Source: Candidatus Berkelbacteria bacterium | GTDB taxonomy: Bacteria; Patescibacteriota; UBA1384; JAPLVJ01 | DNA: 53,958 bases | Reading direction: 5' to 3' | Assembly (NCBI GenBank): GCA_026397155.1 | Contig: JAPLVJ010000052.1 | Coordinates: 1 to 53,958 of the forward strand | Shown: positions 43,735 to 52,996 of the stretch, piece by piece | Layout: each line of letters starts with the position of its first letter | Numbering within the stretch: the stretch's first letter is position 1 | Notes under the pieces: model-generated | Seen by the model: only the letters and a program-made list of their open reading frames with translations | Told to the model about the DNA's origin: nothing | Databases searched by the model: none | Position numbers and translations under genes: made by a program

Positions 43735-44472
43735 ATGTATTATTACATTTTGGACTTAGGAAATAAAAATATTGCCAAAATAAAAGAAAAGCTAGAGGTG
43801 ATGATGGCTTCCTATGGTATCTCGGGCGACTTTGGGAAAATATCTCCTCTTTGCTCAGCCTACGAACTAGCAAAAAGAGCTAGAGCAGAGGGATATAGTA
43901 CTGTTGTTGCTATAGGGAATACTGAAATCATCAACCAAGTAACTCAAGGGTTAGTCAACTCGGATACAACAATGGGAATTATTCCAATAGATACGGATTC
44001 GACTATTTATGATCTTATAGGTGTAGAGGCATTAAAAGATGCCTTAGAAACTCTAAGAACCAGAAAAATAGAAACTATTGATATTGGTAAAGTTTCTGAA
44101 AATAAATATTTTCTTACTGAGGCCAAAATTTTAAATTCTCGTCCCATCCCAACAGTCTTAGATTTTACCAACTTTAAAATTGGCGGGAACTTTAAAGAAA
44201 TTATCATTGCCAATGGAAGTGGATCTAAAAAAAGTTACGAAGATGGCCTCTTTGACATAAAAATATTCCACCAAGAAAAAAATAAATCAATATGGCAAAT
44301 TTTTAAAGCTAAAGATGAGAAAGAATTTTCATTACTACATCAAGAAAATCTTAAAATCGAAACTGAGCAACAGTGTGAAGTTTTGATTGATCACGAAGTT
44401 GTAACCAAAACTCCATGTCAAATTTCAATATTACCCTTGGCTTTGAAACTAATAATAGCTCGCTCTCACTAA
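43735..44472 (+). CDS. Diacylglycerol/lipid kinase catalytic-domain-like protein (YegS/BmrU-like) with degenerate nucleotide-binding motifs
   Basis: 245 aa. VVAIGNTEIINQV..GIIPIDTDSTIYDL aligns to the family pattern vvv.GGDGT..ev..giiP.GtgNdfa, but GGDGT reads IGNTE and GTGND reads DTDST. Confidence 0.5.
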   Translation: MYYYILDLGNKNIAKIKEKLEVMMASYGISGDFGKISPLCSAYELAKRARAEGYSTVVAIGNTEIINQVTQGLVNSDTTMGIIPIDTDSTIYDLIGVEALKDALETLRTRKIETIDIGKVSENKYFLTEAKILNSRPIPTVLDFTNFKIGGNFKEIIIANGSGSKKSYEDGLFDIKIFHQEKNKSIWQIFKAKDEKEFSLLHQENLKIETEQQCEVLIDHEVVTKTPCQISILPLALKLIIARSH

Positions 44473-44477
44473 GACGC

Positions 44478-44506
44478 TTGACAATTATATAAAAAATCCA
44501 TAGAAT
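44478..44506 (+). promoter_or_regulatory. Promoter of the infC-rpmI-rplT operon
   Basis: TTGACA (44478-44483), an exactly 17-nt spacer, TAGAAT (44501-44506). The predicted start is around 44513. Confidence 0.65.
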
Positions 44507-44527
44507 AACTCTTTGAAAGGAGATAAG

Positions 44528-45034
44528 ATAGCAAAAAACCTAAGGATCAACCAACAAATACGCGCTCAAGAGGTACATTTAATTGATGAGAATGCAAAAT
44601 CACAAGGTGTTGTCTCATTAGATCAAGCTCTTCTTGTTGCCCACCAAAGGGGGTATGATCTTGTAGAAGTTACTTCATCAGTCTACCCTCCAATCACAAG
44701 ACTTTTAGATTACGGAAAATATTTATATCAACTTGAAAAAGAAGAAAAAAAAGGAAAACAAAAACGCTTGGAAATGAAAGAAATCAGAATGAAACTGTCT
44801 ATCGAGCCCCACGACCTAGAAGTCAAAACTAATAAAATGAAAGAATTCCTAGATAGGGGCCATAAATTAAAAATTACCGTGGTATTGAGAGGCCGAGAGA
44901 TGGCTTTTGTCGGAAGGGCCTTTGAATTTATTAAAAAAATCGAAGAAAACACGGGGGATAATATTCAGGAAGAGAAAAGACCACAAAAGTTGGGTAATAG
45001 AATTTCTGTTGTTTTATCTAGAAAATCAAATTAA
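44528..45034 (+). CDS. infC: Translation initiation factor IF-3, with a probable non-canonical ATA start
   Basis: It has INQQIRAQEVHLIDENAKSQGVVSLDQAL..GYDLVEV and a C-terminal domain LRGREMAF. SD AAGGAG (44517-44522) lies 5 nt before the in-frame ATA at 44528. The listed TTG at 44513 coincides with the predicted transcription start and has no SD. Confidence 0.9.
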   Translation: MAKNLRINQQIRAQEVHLIDENAKSQGVVSLDQALLVAHQRGYDLVEVTSSVYPPITRLLDYGKYLYQLEKEEKKGKQKRLEMKEIRMKLSIEPHDLEVKTNKMKEFLDRGHKLKITVVLRGREMAFVGRAFEFIKKIEENTGDNIQEEKRPQKLGNRISVVLSRKSN

Positions 45035-45043
45035 GGAGAACAA

Positions 45044-45220
45044 GTGAAATTAAAAACAAGAAGTGCTGTCAAAAAAAGAATAAGAATTACAAAAACTGGC
45101 AAACTGAAAAGATTGCAAGCTGCAAGAAGTCACTTAAGAAGAAATAAAGGTACACGGGCGAATACTCTCTTAGATGTATCGAGATCAAATAATAAAGTCA
45201 AACGATTTATCGTACAATAA
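45044..45220 (+). CDS. rpmI: 50S ribosomal protein L35
   Basis: It is absent from the ORF track because it has only 58 codons. The GTG start lies 5 nt after AAGGAG. My own translation is [58 protein letters not shown]. It holds the canonical position between infC and rplT. Confidence 0.9.
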   Translation: MKLKTRSAVKKRIRITKTGKLKRLQAARSHLRRNKGTRANTLLDVSRSNNKVKRFIVQ

Positions 45221-45238
45221 CAATTTTGGAGTAATGAA

Positions 45239-45598
45239 ATGACAAGGATTAAACGCGGTTTAATGGGGAAAAAGAGCCATAAAAAACTATTTAAACAAGT
45301 CAAGGGCTTTAGGGGTTCTAGAAAACACAGGGTTAAACTAGCTAAAGAAGCTATCTTAAAAGCTGGCACTTATTCGTATCGAGATAGAAGAACTAAAAAA
45401 AGAGAATTTAGAAGAATCTGGATTACTCAAATTAATGCCGCCTTAAAAGAGTATGACATTAAATATTCTGAGTTTATTAATGGACTTAAAAAAGCCAAAA
45501 TTGAGCTTGATCGAAAAATCTTGGCTGACCTAGCTAAGAACAACCACGAAGAATTCCAAAAAATCATCAATAAAGTTAGAACTATCCTAAAAAAGTAA
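45239..45598 (+). CDS. rplT: 50S ribosomal protein L20
   Basis: 119 aa with MTRIKRG...KGFRGSRK...AYRDRR...R.LWI.RINAA-type sequence. Confidence 0.95.
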   Translation: MTRIKRGLMGKKSHKKLFKQVKGFRGSRKHRVKLAKEAILKAGTYSYRDRRTKKREFRRIWITQINAALKEYDIKYSEFINGLKKAKIELDRKILADLAKNNHEEFQKIINKVRTILKK

Positions 45599-45605
45599 GC
45601 TAAAA

Positions 45606-45995
45606 CTATCTTTTCCAAAAAGTCCAACGAAATCCTCTTCTTGGCTTATTCGCGCAAGAAAGGCATTGAGATGCAATTGGGACTGCTTTTAATCTTTCTC
45701 TGTTTATTTCCTTTTTACAAGTCTCACATGAACCGTATCGTCCCTTTTTTATTTTTGCTAATGCTCGATTAACATTTGATAAAACTCTAGATAAACTCTT
45801 TTCTAAAATTATGTATTCTTCATATGTAGTCACCTCTTGAGCCGCATCGTCGTTTCCCTGACCTAAATCAATAAATTTCGGCTCGTACTTTTCCCCTGTT
45901 TTCTTTTTATTTGCTACCTGAACTAAATCTGATTCAACAATCTCTTTTTGTTTTAGTAATAGTTTTTCTTGAGATTTTAAAAACTTAGAATCCAT
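45606..45995 (-). CDS. DksA/TraR-family C4 zinc-finger protein
   Basis: A coiled-coil N-terminal half is followed by CETCKKEI...CLSC. The ATG at 45995 (MDSKFL..) has a GGGGT SD. The listed start at 46034 lies deep inside the upstream gene. Confidence 0.8.
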   Translation of the reverse strand: MDSKFLKSQEKLLLKQKEIVESDLVQVANKKKTGEKYEPKFIDLGQGNDDAAQEVTTYEEYIILEKSLSRVLSNVNRALAKIKKGRYGSCETCKKEINRERLKAVPIASQCLSCANKPRRGFRWTFWKR

Positions 45996-46827
45996 ATATA
46001 CCCCGCATCTGATCAACATCTTCTTTTGTCCCAAGAAGAATTAACTTATCTTTCTGCTTTAAGATAATATCTGGTGTAGGATTAATTATACAGCTTTTAT
46101 CTGGGTTTTTAATAGCAAGTATAACTACACCTGTTTTTGACCGATTAAAATGATTATCCACCTGTGCACCATCTAATTTAGAACCAGCCCCAATATTCAA
46201 TTCTTCAACAACCATTTCTCTGTGCTTACTATCGACGACTACATCTAAAAAATCTACCACTTCAGGTCTTAAAGCCATATTTGCCATGTGGTATCCGCCA
46301 ATTTGATATGGTAAGGCGACTCGCTCAACCCCAACTTTTTCTAACTTCGAAGCCACTTCTGTTGATGAGGCTCTTGCAATAATAAATAGATCGGACCTTA
46401 AAGATTTTGCAGTTACTGCGACAAAAACCGCATCAGCATCTTCACCGATAGCAATTATTAATCCCTTTGCTCTACTAATTTGTGCCTTTTTCAGACTATC
46501 CTCACCAACAGCTGCATCTCCGATAATACCGAGCCACCCTTTATCAATACTCTTTTTAATTTTTTCTGGATCTCGGTCTACTACAACAAAAGGTACTTTT
46601 TCATGATATAGCTCTTCGGCGATTTGCATTCCTACTCTACCAAATCCACAGATAATAAAATGGTCTTTTAAATTACTGATTTGTTTTTCCATAATCCTCC
46701 TTTTAAAGACTCGGCTTAATCGATATTGTATTATACGAAGGTAAATTAAAACAAAAATTGATGCCGAAATTGCAATTACAATAGTAAAAAATGTACTTGA
46801 AAAAAATTCTTCTATATTCACGTCCAC
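45985..46827 (-). CDS. RCK/TrkA-type K+ transport regulatory protein with an N-terminal TM segment
   Basis: 280 aa with TM FFTIVIAISASIFVLIYL, a TrkA-N Rossmann motif HFIICGFGRVGMQIAEEL and a TrkA-C domain. Confidence 0.8.
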   Translation of the reverse strand: MDVNIEEFFSSTFFTIVIAISASIFVLIYLRIIQYRLSRVFKRRIMEKQISNLKDHFIICGFGRVGMQIAEELYHEKVPFVVVDRDPEKIKKSIDKGWLGIIGDAAVGEDSLKKAQISRAKGLIIAIGEDADAVFVAVTAKSLRSDLFIIARASSTEVASKLEKVGVERVALPYQIGGYHMANMALRPEVVDFLDVVVDSKHREMVVEELNIGAGSKLDGAQVDNHFNRSKTGVVILAIKNPDKSCIINPTPDIILKQKDKLILLGTKEDVDQMRGIYGF

Positions 46828-46938
46828 TCTCTTATTAACATATTATCAAAACTTGTCTGCATCAACAAGTTTATGTTAAAATTACTAATACTTGTGATAT
46901 TTTAGCATGACTAGCTTTAGCGACAGACCTGCCTACCA

Positions 46939-47015
46939 GGCCACTTAGCTCAGCTGGTTAGAGCATCGCATTCACATTGCGAAGGTCGACCGTTCAAATC
47001 GGTCCGTGGCCACCA
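46939..47015 (+). tRNA. tRNA-Val (anticodon CAC), with CCA encoded
   Basis: The sequence is GGCCACT-TA-GCTC-AGCTGGTTA-GAGC-A-TCGCA-TTCACAT-TGCGA-AGGTC-GACCG-TTCAAAT-CGGTC-CGTGGCC-A-CCA. The cloverleaf is intact except for a U7-C66 mismatch at the base of the acceptor stem. Confidence 0.88.
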
Positions 47016-47057
47016 GACTTTGGCGATATGTAAATCATTAAAATCTTTAGGAGGGTT

Positions 47058-47669
47058 ATGCAAGAAAAAAGCGAAGCTTTGGGAATATTTAAGTCATTCT
47101 TAAGAATTTTATATGAATTAGTAAAAACAGTTGCTTTTGTTTTATTGATTTTCTTTATCACAAGGTACTTTCTAGTACAACCGTTTATTGTTGACGGAAA
47201 TAGCATGGAGTCAAACTTCCATGACAAAGATTACCTATTAGTAGATAAGCTCTCATATAAATTCAAAGATCCTCAACGTGGCGATGTGGTGATATTCCAT
47301 CCTCCAAATAGATCAGTATTCTACATCAAAAGAGTGATAGGAGTACCGGGAGATAAGATTGTAATTCAACAAGACGGGGTAACAATTTATAACATAAAAA
47401 ATCCAAATGGAGTAGGGCTAAAAGAAACATACTTAAAGCAACTTACTAAAACAAATGGAAGCATTACACAGACTCTTTATGATGATGAATATTTTGTATT
47501 AGGAGACAATCGTGAAAACTCAAGTGATTCAAGAGAATTTGGAGTTATCCCCAAGAAAAATGTTGCGGGTCGAGTTTTTCTAACTGTTTTTCCGTTTAGT
47601 GATTTTCAATTCATCAAAAAAATCCAGTATTCTGACTTCAGTTTAATTAACTTAGTTATATCTAGATAA
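47058..47669 (+). CDS. lepB: Signal peptidase I
   Basis: 203 aa with an N-terminal TM, GNSMES (catalytic Ser), YIKRVIGVPGD (catalytic Lys) and GDNRENSSDSR. Confidence 0.93.
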   Translation: MQEKSEALGIFKSFLRILYELVKTVAFVLLIFFITRYFLVQPFIVDGNSMESNFHDKDYLLVDKLSYKFKDPQRGDVVIFHPPNRSVFYIKRVIGVPGDKIVIQQDGVTIYNIKNPNGVGLKETYLKQLTKTNGSITQTLYDDEYFVLGDNRENSSDSREFGVIPKKNVAGRVFLTVFPFSDFQFIKKIQYSDFSLINLVISR

Positions 47670-47720
47670 TTATTTATTCAATTTTATACTCTTGATGATG
47701 CTATATATGGGACCGCCCCG

Positions 47721-48227
47721 TCACAGTTCGCTACTCATTATTTCAATATTTTTAATCTCTATATCCTCTAATATAAAATCTTGATATTTGTTAAATGTAA
47801 AAAATATTGATTCTTTACTCAAATTCTGTTTTTTTATACGCCCAATTGTCACATGAGGCATAAATGATCTATTATCTAAATTAATCCCATTCGAAGTTAA
47901 TTTTCTATAGAGAACCTGGTTTAGAAGCTTAAGGCTAGAATTATTTTTTATACCAACCCAGGCAATTTTAGGGCGCCTAAGGTCTGGAAATAGTCCTAAA
48001 CCAGCGATTCTTATTGTAAAAGGCTCAAATTGTTCCAGTATCTCTTTGGTGATATAAGTAATTTTTTCTAAATTATCAACGTTACCTAAAAAAATAAGGG
48101 TTAAGTGCAGATTGTTCTCTTTAATCCATTTAATCTCTGGCAGATATCGTGATAGTTCTTTTTGAAAATCTACCAGGATATTTTTAATCTCTTTAGGAAA
48201 ATTGATTGCTATAAAAAATCTTTTCAT
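47721..48227 (-). CDS. thpR: RNA 2',3'-cyclic phosphodiesterase (2H phosphoesterase, ThpR/LigT family)
   Basis: It has two HxTx motifs (HLTLIFLG and HVTIGR). The ATG at 48227 (MKRFFIAINFP) is preferred to the TTG at 48242. Confidence 0.85.
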   Translation of the reverse strand: MKRFFIAINFPKEIKNILVDFQKELSRYLPEIKWIKENNLHLTLIFLGNVDNLEKITYITKEILEQFEPFTIRIAGLGLFPDLRRPKIAWVGIKNNSSLKLLNQVLYRKLTSNGINLDNRSFMPHVTIGRIKKQNLSKESIFFTFNKYQDFILEDIEIKNIEIMSSEL

Positions 48228-48337
48228 TTTAAAAATTCCCAATTAACATTTTACTAAAATTACATTATGAATTAAAATGGTAATAAATTATCTTTTGGCA
48301 AGCCGGAATATAAGATTTTAAATTTATAGGAGCGGCG

Positions 48338-49936
48338 ATGAAATACATTTTTGTTTCAGGTGGAGTAATTTCTGGATTAGGGAAAGGTGTAACAACTGCT
48401 AGCGTTGCTCTGCTTTTAAAATCTAGGGGGATTAAAGTCACAGCCATAAAATGCGATGCTTACATGAATGTTGACGCTGGTACTATAAGACCCCAAGAGC
48501 ATGGCGAAGTTTTTGTTACAGATGATGGGATCGAATGTGACCAAGATATAGGACACTATGAAAGATTCATTAATGAAAATTTAAACCGAACAAACTATGT
48601 TACTAATGGACAAATATATCAAGAAATTATTAGACGAGAAAGAAGCTTTGAATATAATGGAGAAGATGTTGAAATTGTTCCTCATGTTCCAGAAGAAATG
48701 ATCAGACGTTTCAAATATGCTGGCAGATCAAACAAAGCCGATGTAGTAATCATTGAGGTTGGAGGTACGGTTGGCGAATACCAAAATGTTTTATTTATTG
48801 AAGCCAATAGAATTATGAAATACCGCGACAAAGAAGATGTAATTCATATTCATGTCGGATATCTACCTACGCCTACATTTTTAGGTGAAATGAAATCAAA
48901 ACCCGTTCAAACATCGGTTAGAGTCTTATCTAGTTCGGGTATACAGCCAGATTTTATTATTGGTAGAGCTGAAAAACCCATAGATGAGCCCCGAAAAGAA
49001 CGCATTGCCTGGCTCTGCAACATTGACAAAGAAGATGTAATATCTAATCCAGACGTAGATAGTATTTATAAAATTCCCATAATATTTAAAGAACAAAAAC
49101 TAGATGAAAAAATCCTGCGAAAATTAGGTATTAAGGCAAAAAAAGATGACCTTAAAGATTGGAAAAAGTCAGTTGAACGAATCCAAAAAAATAACAAGGT
49201 CATTAAAATTGGTATTGTTGGAAAATACGCAACTATCGGTGACTACACCCTTGGTGATGCATATATTTCTGTTGTGGAATCTATTAAACATGCTGCTTGG
49301 ATTAATAATATAAAACCAGAAATCAAGTGGATTGACGCAGAAAAATTTACTGAAGGAGATTTAAAAGAAATTGATGGAATAGTTATTCCAGGCGGTTTTG
49401 GAAAAAGAGGTATTGAGGGAAAGATTAAAGCTATTAAATATGCCAGAGAACATGGTCTTCCATTCTTGGGCTTATGTCTTGGCCTTCAAATGGCCGTTGT
49501 CGAATTTGCTAGAAATATTTGCGGGTTAAAAGATGCAAATTCAACTGAAATTAATCCTAAAACAAATTACCCTGTTATAGATATCATGCCAGAACAAAAG
49601 AAATTTTTAGAAAAATCAAATTATGGCGCAACAATGAGATTAGGAAAATATCCTTGTAAATTATCCCTTGGCACAAAGGCATCTAAATTGTATGAAACTA
49701 ACGAAATTAATGAAAGACATCGCCACCGCTATGAGGTTAACCCTAAATATCATCAAATTTTACAAAAAAACGGGTTAATCTTCTCAGGTCTTTCACCGAA
49801 TAAAAAATTAGTCGAGATAATCGAATTAAAAAATCATCCTTTCTTTGTAGCCACCCAATTTCATCCTGAGTTTAAATCTAGGTTCACAGACCCGCATCCC
49901 CTATTTATGGGATTGATTCAAGCTTCAAATAAATGA
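48338..49936 (+). CDS. pyrG: CTP synthase
   Basis: 532 aa with KYIFVSGGVISGLGKG and a glutamine amidotransferase domain carrying GLCLGLQ and HRHRYEVN. Confidence 0.96.
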   Translation: MKYIFVSGGVISGLGKGVTTASVALLLKSRGIKVTAIKCDAYMNVDAGTIRPQEHGEVFVTDDGIECDQDIGHYERFINENLNRTNYVTNGQIYQEIIRRERSFEYNGEDVEIVPHVPEEMIRRFKYAGRSNKADVVIIEVGGTVGEYQNVLFIEANRIMKYRDKEDVIHIHVGYLPTPTFLGEMKSKPVQTSVRVLSSSGIQPDFIIGRAEKPIDEPRKERIAWLCNIDKEDVISNPDVDSIYKIPIIFKEQKLDEKILRKLGIKAKKDDLKDWKKSVERIQKNNKVIKIGIVGKYATIGDYTLGDAYISVVESIKHAAWINNIKPEIKWIDAEKFTEGDLKEIDGIVIPGGFGKRGIEGKIKAIKYAREHGLPFLGLCLGLQMAVVEFARNICGLKDANSTEINPKTNYPVIDIMPEQKKFLEKSNYGATMRLGKYPCKLSLGTKASKLYETNEINERHRHRYEVNPKYHQILQKNGLIFSGLSPNKKLVEIIELKNHPFFVATQFHPEFKSRFTDPHPLFMGLIQASNK

Positions 49937-49944
49937 ATAAATAA

Positions 49945-51777
49945 ATGCAATATGCTGAAGTTGTTCCTAATACAAAAACAAATCTCGCCAATCAAACATT
50001 TACCTACAAAATCCATCCAGAAATTCTACCTCGCCTAAAAATTGGCTCTCTTGTGCTAATTCCTTTTCATAACCGTAAAATAGAAGGGATTATTTTAAAT
50101 TTCCATAAAACAAAGATGGGAATCGAGGAAACAAAATTAAAGAAAATTACCGAAATTATACACGAAGAACCAGTAATAGATAAATCAAGACTAGAATTAG
50201 CAAAATGGATGAGTCAACACTATTTTGCTCCGCTTTCCTTATGCCTTTTTGAGATGACCCCCTTACCCCCTAAAAGAAATTACAAAATCATCCCCGAAAA
50301 AACACTTGCAGTTGACCAATCCGATCTCAGAGATTCCATAATTAAATTATGTCAGAAAGTTATTTCAAAGAACAAACAGGTTGTTATTTTATTTCCAGAA
50401 ATAAAACAGGCTTCTTCAGCTTATCCTGGCTTACAAACAATATTTAAAGGTCGGGTTGTCATATACCATGGAGAACTAAATAAATCAGAACGTTTTGAGA
50501 CTTGGAAAAAAATAAAAAACAAAAATTTTGATATTATTATTGGATCACGAATTGCATTATTTACTCCTCTTTCAAGGCTGGGGTTAATCATTATTCAAGA
50601 TGAAAACTCAGAAAGTTATAAAAATGACCGGACCCCTCGTTATGACACAAAAATAGTTGCTGAAAAATTAGCCAAGATTACAGAATCTAAACTTATATTA
50701 ATCAGCCCCACGCCAAGTTTAGAAAGTTATTATCGAGCCAGAAAGTCCAAAAAATTAGACTCAAAGAGTTTTTATCTATATCAACCGCTAAATCCATCAC
50801 CCCCTACTCAAACTAGCATTATTGACTTACGCGATGAAACCAAAAAAGGCAATTTTAGCCCGATTAGCCAATCACTAAAAAATCTGATTACTTCAAATTT
50901 TATAAATAAAAAAAGAACAATTCTGTTTGTAAGTCGCAGAGGAGCCGCATCATACCTTTTGTGTAGAGATTGTGGTTATGTTACCAAGTGTCCTAATTGT
51001 GACTTACCTCTATATTACAGCTTAACAGATGTAAAAGGCGAAAATTTAACTTGTCATCATTGTTTTTTTAAAACGCAGATGATTGAAAAATGCCCGCAGT
51101 GTCAATCTTCTAATATTAAATTTAAAGGCACAGGAACGCAAAAAATAGAACTAGAGATAGGAAAAATACTACCAAAAGCAAAAACTTTTCGTATTGATAA
51201 GGACACCAATCCAACTGAAAATATTTCCGCCGATATCATAGTTGCCACCCAAAAGCTATTTTCTTACTCAATTGAACCCGTTGATTTGACTGGTATAATC
51301 TCTATTGATTCTGCTCTTAATTTGCCGGATTTCCGTCAATCAGAAAGAGTTCTGTCTACAATCTACAGACTTAAATTGCTCACAAAAAGAAATTTTATTA
51401 TTCAAACTTATCATCCTAATGATTTTGTTATCAAAAATGCCACTATTGGAAGTTATCAAGATTTCTACAAAAAAGAAATTCAAAATCGGGAAAAACTCAA
51501 CTTTCCGCCTTTTTGCCGATTAATCAGAATTATCCATCAAACAAAAAATGAAGTAGAGTGTCAAAAACAAATAGAGATACTGGCAAACAAACTGAAACCA
51601 TTAGTTTCTATTTTGGGCCCGTCACCCTGTTTCTATTCTAAAATACGGGGCAAATATAGATTGCAAATAGTAATAAAAATCCCACCTCAAGGATTTTTAA
51701 AACCATCTATTCGCCAGCTTTTCAATACTCTCTCTTCAAACTGGATAATCGATGTTGATCCTGTTACACTATTATAA
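49945..51777 (+). CDS. priA: Primosomal protein N' (PriA) homologue with degenerate helicase motifs
   Basis: 610 aa. It has a PriA-like N-terminal 3'-DNA-binding region and the Cys-rich insert CRDCGY..CPNC..CHHC..CPQC. The Walker A position lacks GxGKT, DEEH reads QDEN, and the GRAGR position reads LKLLTKR. Confidence 0.8.
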   Translation: MQYAEVVPNTKTNLANQTFTYKIHPEILPRLKIGSLVLIPFHNRKIEGIILNFHKTKMGIEETKLKKITEIIHEEPVIDKSRLELAKWMSQHYFAPLSLCLFEMTPLPPKRNYKIIPEKTLAVDQSDLRDSIIKLCQKVISKNKQVVILFPEIKQASSAYPGLQTIFKGRVVIYHGELNKSERFETWKKIKNKNFDIIIGSRIALFTPLSRLGLIIIQDENSESYKNDRTPRYDTKIVAEKLAKITESKLILISPTPSLESYYRARKSKKLDSKSFYLYQPLNPSPPTQTSIIDLRDETKKGNFSPISQSLKNLITSNFINKKRTILFVSRRGAASYLLCRDCGYVTKCPNCDLPLYYSLTDVKGENLTCHHCFFKTQMIEKCPQCQSSNIKFKGTGTQKIELEIGKILPKAKTFRIDKDTNPTENISADIIVATQKLFSYSIEPVDLTGIISIDSALNLPDFRQSERVLSTIYRLKLLTKRNFIIQTYHPNDFVIKNATIGSYQDFYKKEIQNREKLNFPPFCRLIRIIHQTKNEVECQKQIEILANKLKPLVSILGPSPCFYSKIRGKYRLQIVIKIPPQGFLKPSIRQLFNTLSSNWIIDVDPVTLL

Positions 51778-51821
51778 GAATTCATCATTTTCTCGTTTAA
51801 ATTAAGGAACTAGGGGCCGAT

Positions 51822-52988
51822 ATGAAGATTGGAATCTTTACTGAATGCTACAAGCCAACAATCAATGGCGTTGTTATGTCTATCGAGGCTTTTAAGACTC
51901 GTCTTGAAGGAAAGGGGCACGAAGTATTTATTTTTGCTCCAAAAAATAAACAGGTTAAATTTTTACCAAATGTCTTCTACGTCCCCTCAATCACATTACC
52001 CTCTCCTAAAGACTACCCAATAGGACTACCATATCTTTCATATCCTTTACTCTTCTCTTCTGTCTCAAATCTCAGATTAGATATTATACACACTCAACAC
52101 ATATTCTTAATGGGAGGAGTGGGACAACTACTTGCCAAAAAGCTAAATATTCCTACTGTTCATACCTACCACACAATGATGACTGAATATACTCATTATG
52201 TCCCAATTAAAATATTTCAAGGCTTAATTAAGAAATTCATCATCAGTCGATCAAGAAATTTTTGCAATAGAGCTGATAAAATCATTGTCCCTTCTTCACC
52301 TATAATTGATATATTGAAATCATATGGTGTTAAGAAATTAATTGAAGTTTTGCCAACAGGCATTGATTTGACAAATTTTAACAAATTAAGTTCAAAAGAA
52401 CGTCGGACAATTTTGAAAAAATATAAAATACCAGCCGAAAAAGAGGTAGTATTGTTCGTCGGCCGTCTGGCTCAGGAAAAAAATTTAGATTTTTTAATCG
52501 AATGCTTTAAAGATATAATTACAACCTATCAGAATGTTCACCTTATACTTGTTGGAAGTGGACCTTACCAAGAAAATCTAAAATCTAAAATTAAAAGTCT
52601 GAAGCTAGAAAATCATATTACCCTTACTGGATTTCTAGAAAGACCACAAACTAACAAACTCTTTGGCGCTGCCGACATCTTTGCCTTCCCTTCAATTACA
52701 GATACCCAGGGTATTGTATTGGCTGAAAGTATGGCCTCTTCTACTCCAGTTGTAGCTATCAACCAACTGGGTCCAAAGGATATCATCAAAGACGGACAAG
52801 ATGGCTTCCTTGTATCCTTGAATAAAAAAGAATTCTCTGATAAAATATTGAGGTTGCTTAAAGATAAAAAATTGAGACAAAAATTTAGCCGTCAAGCTAA
52901 GATTGATGCTAAAAGATTTTCTATAGAAAATTGCACAGATAAACTGATCAAATTATATGAAGAAACTATTGAAAACCATAAAAGATAA
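51822..52988 (+). CDS. Family 4 glycosyltransferase (GT-B fold, possibly a glycolipid synthase type)
   Basis: 388 aa with MKIGIFTECYKPTINGV at the N-terminus and FVGRLAQEKN ... FPSITDTQGIVLAESMASSTPVVA (EX7E-like region). Confidence 0.8.
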   Translation: MKIGIFTECYKPTINGVVMSIEAFKTRLEGKGHEVFIFAPKNKQVKFLPNVFYVPSITLPSPKDYPIGLPYLSYPLLFSSVSNLRLDIIHTQHIFLMGGVGQLLAKKLNIPTVHTYHTMMTEYTHYVPIKIFQGLIKKFIISRSRNFCNRADKIIVPSSPIIDILKSYGVKKLIEVLPTGIDLTNFNKLSSKERRTILKKYKIPAEKEVVLFVGRLAQEKNLDFLIECFKDIITTYQNVHLILVGSGPYQENLKSKIKSLKLENHITLTGFLERPQTNKLFGAADIFAFPSITDTQGIVLAESMASSTPVVAINQLGPKDIIKDGQDGFLVSLNKKEFSDKILRLLKDKKLRQKFSRQAKIDAKRFSIENCTDKLIKLYEETIENHKR

Positions 52989-52996
52989 TAACAAAA

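Noticed and set aside
44513-44527. TTG at 44513 as the infC start (as in the ORF track)
   Set aside because: It coincides with the predicted transcription start and lacks an SD. The AAGGAG at 44517-44522 is instead positioned for the in-frame ATA at 44528.
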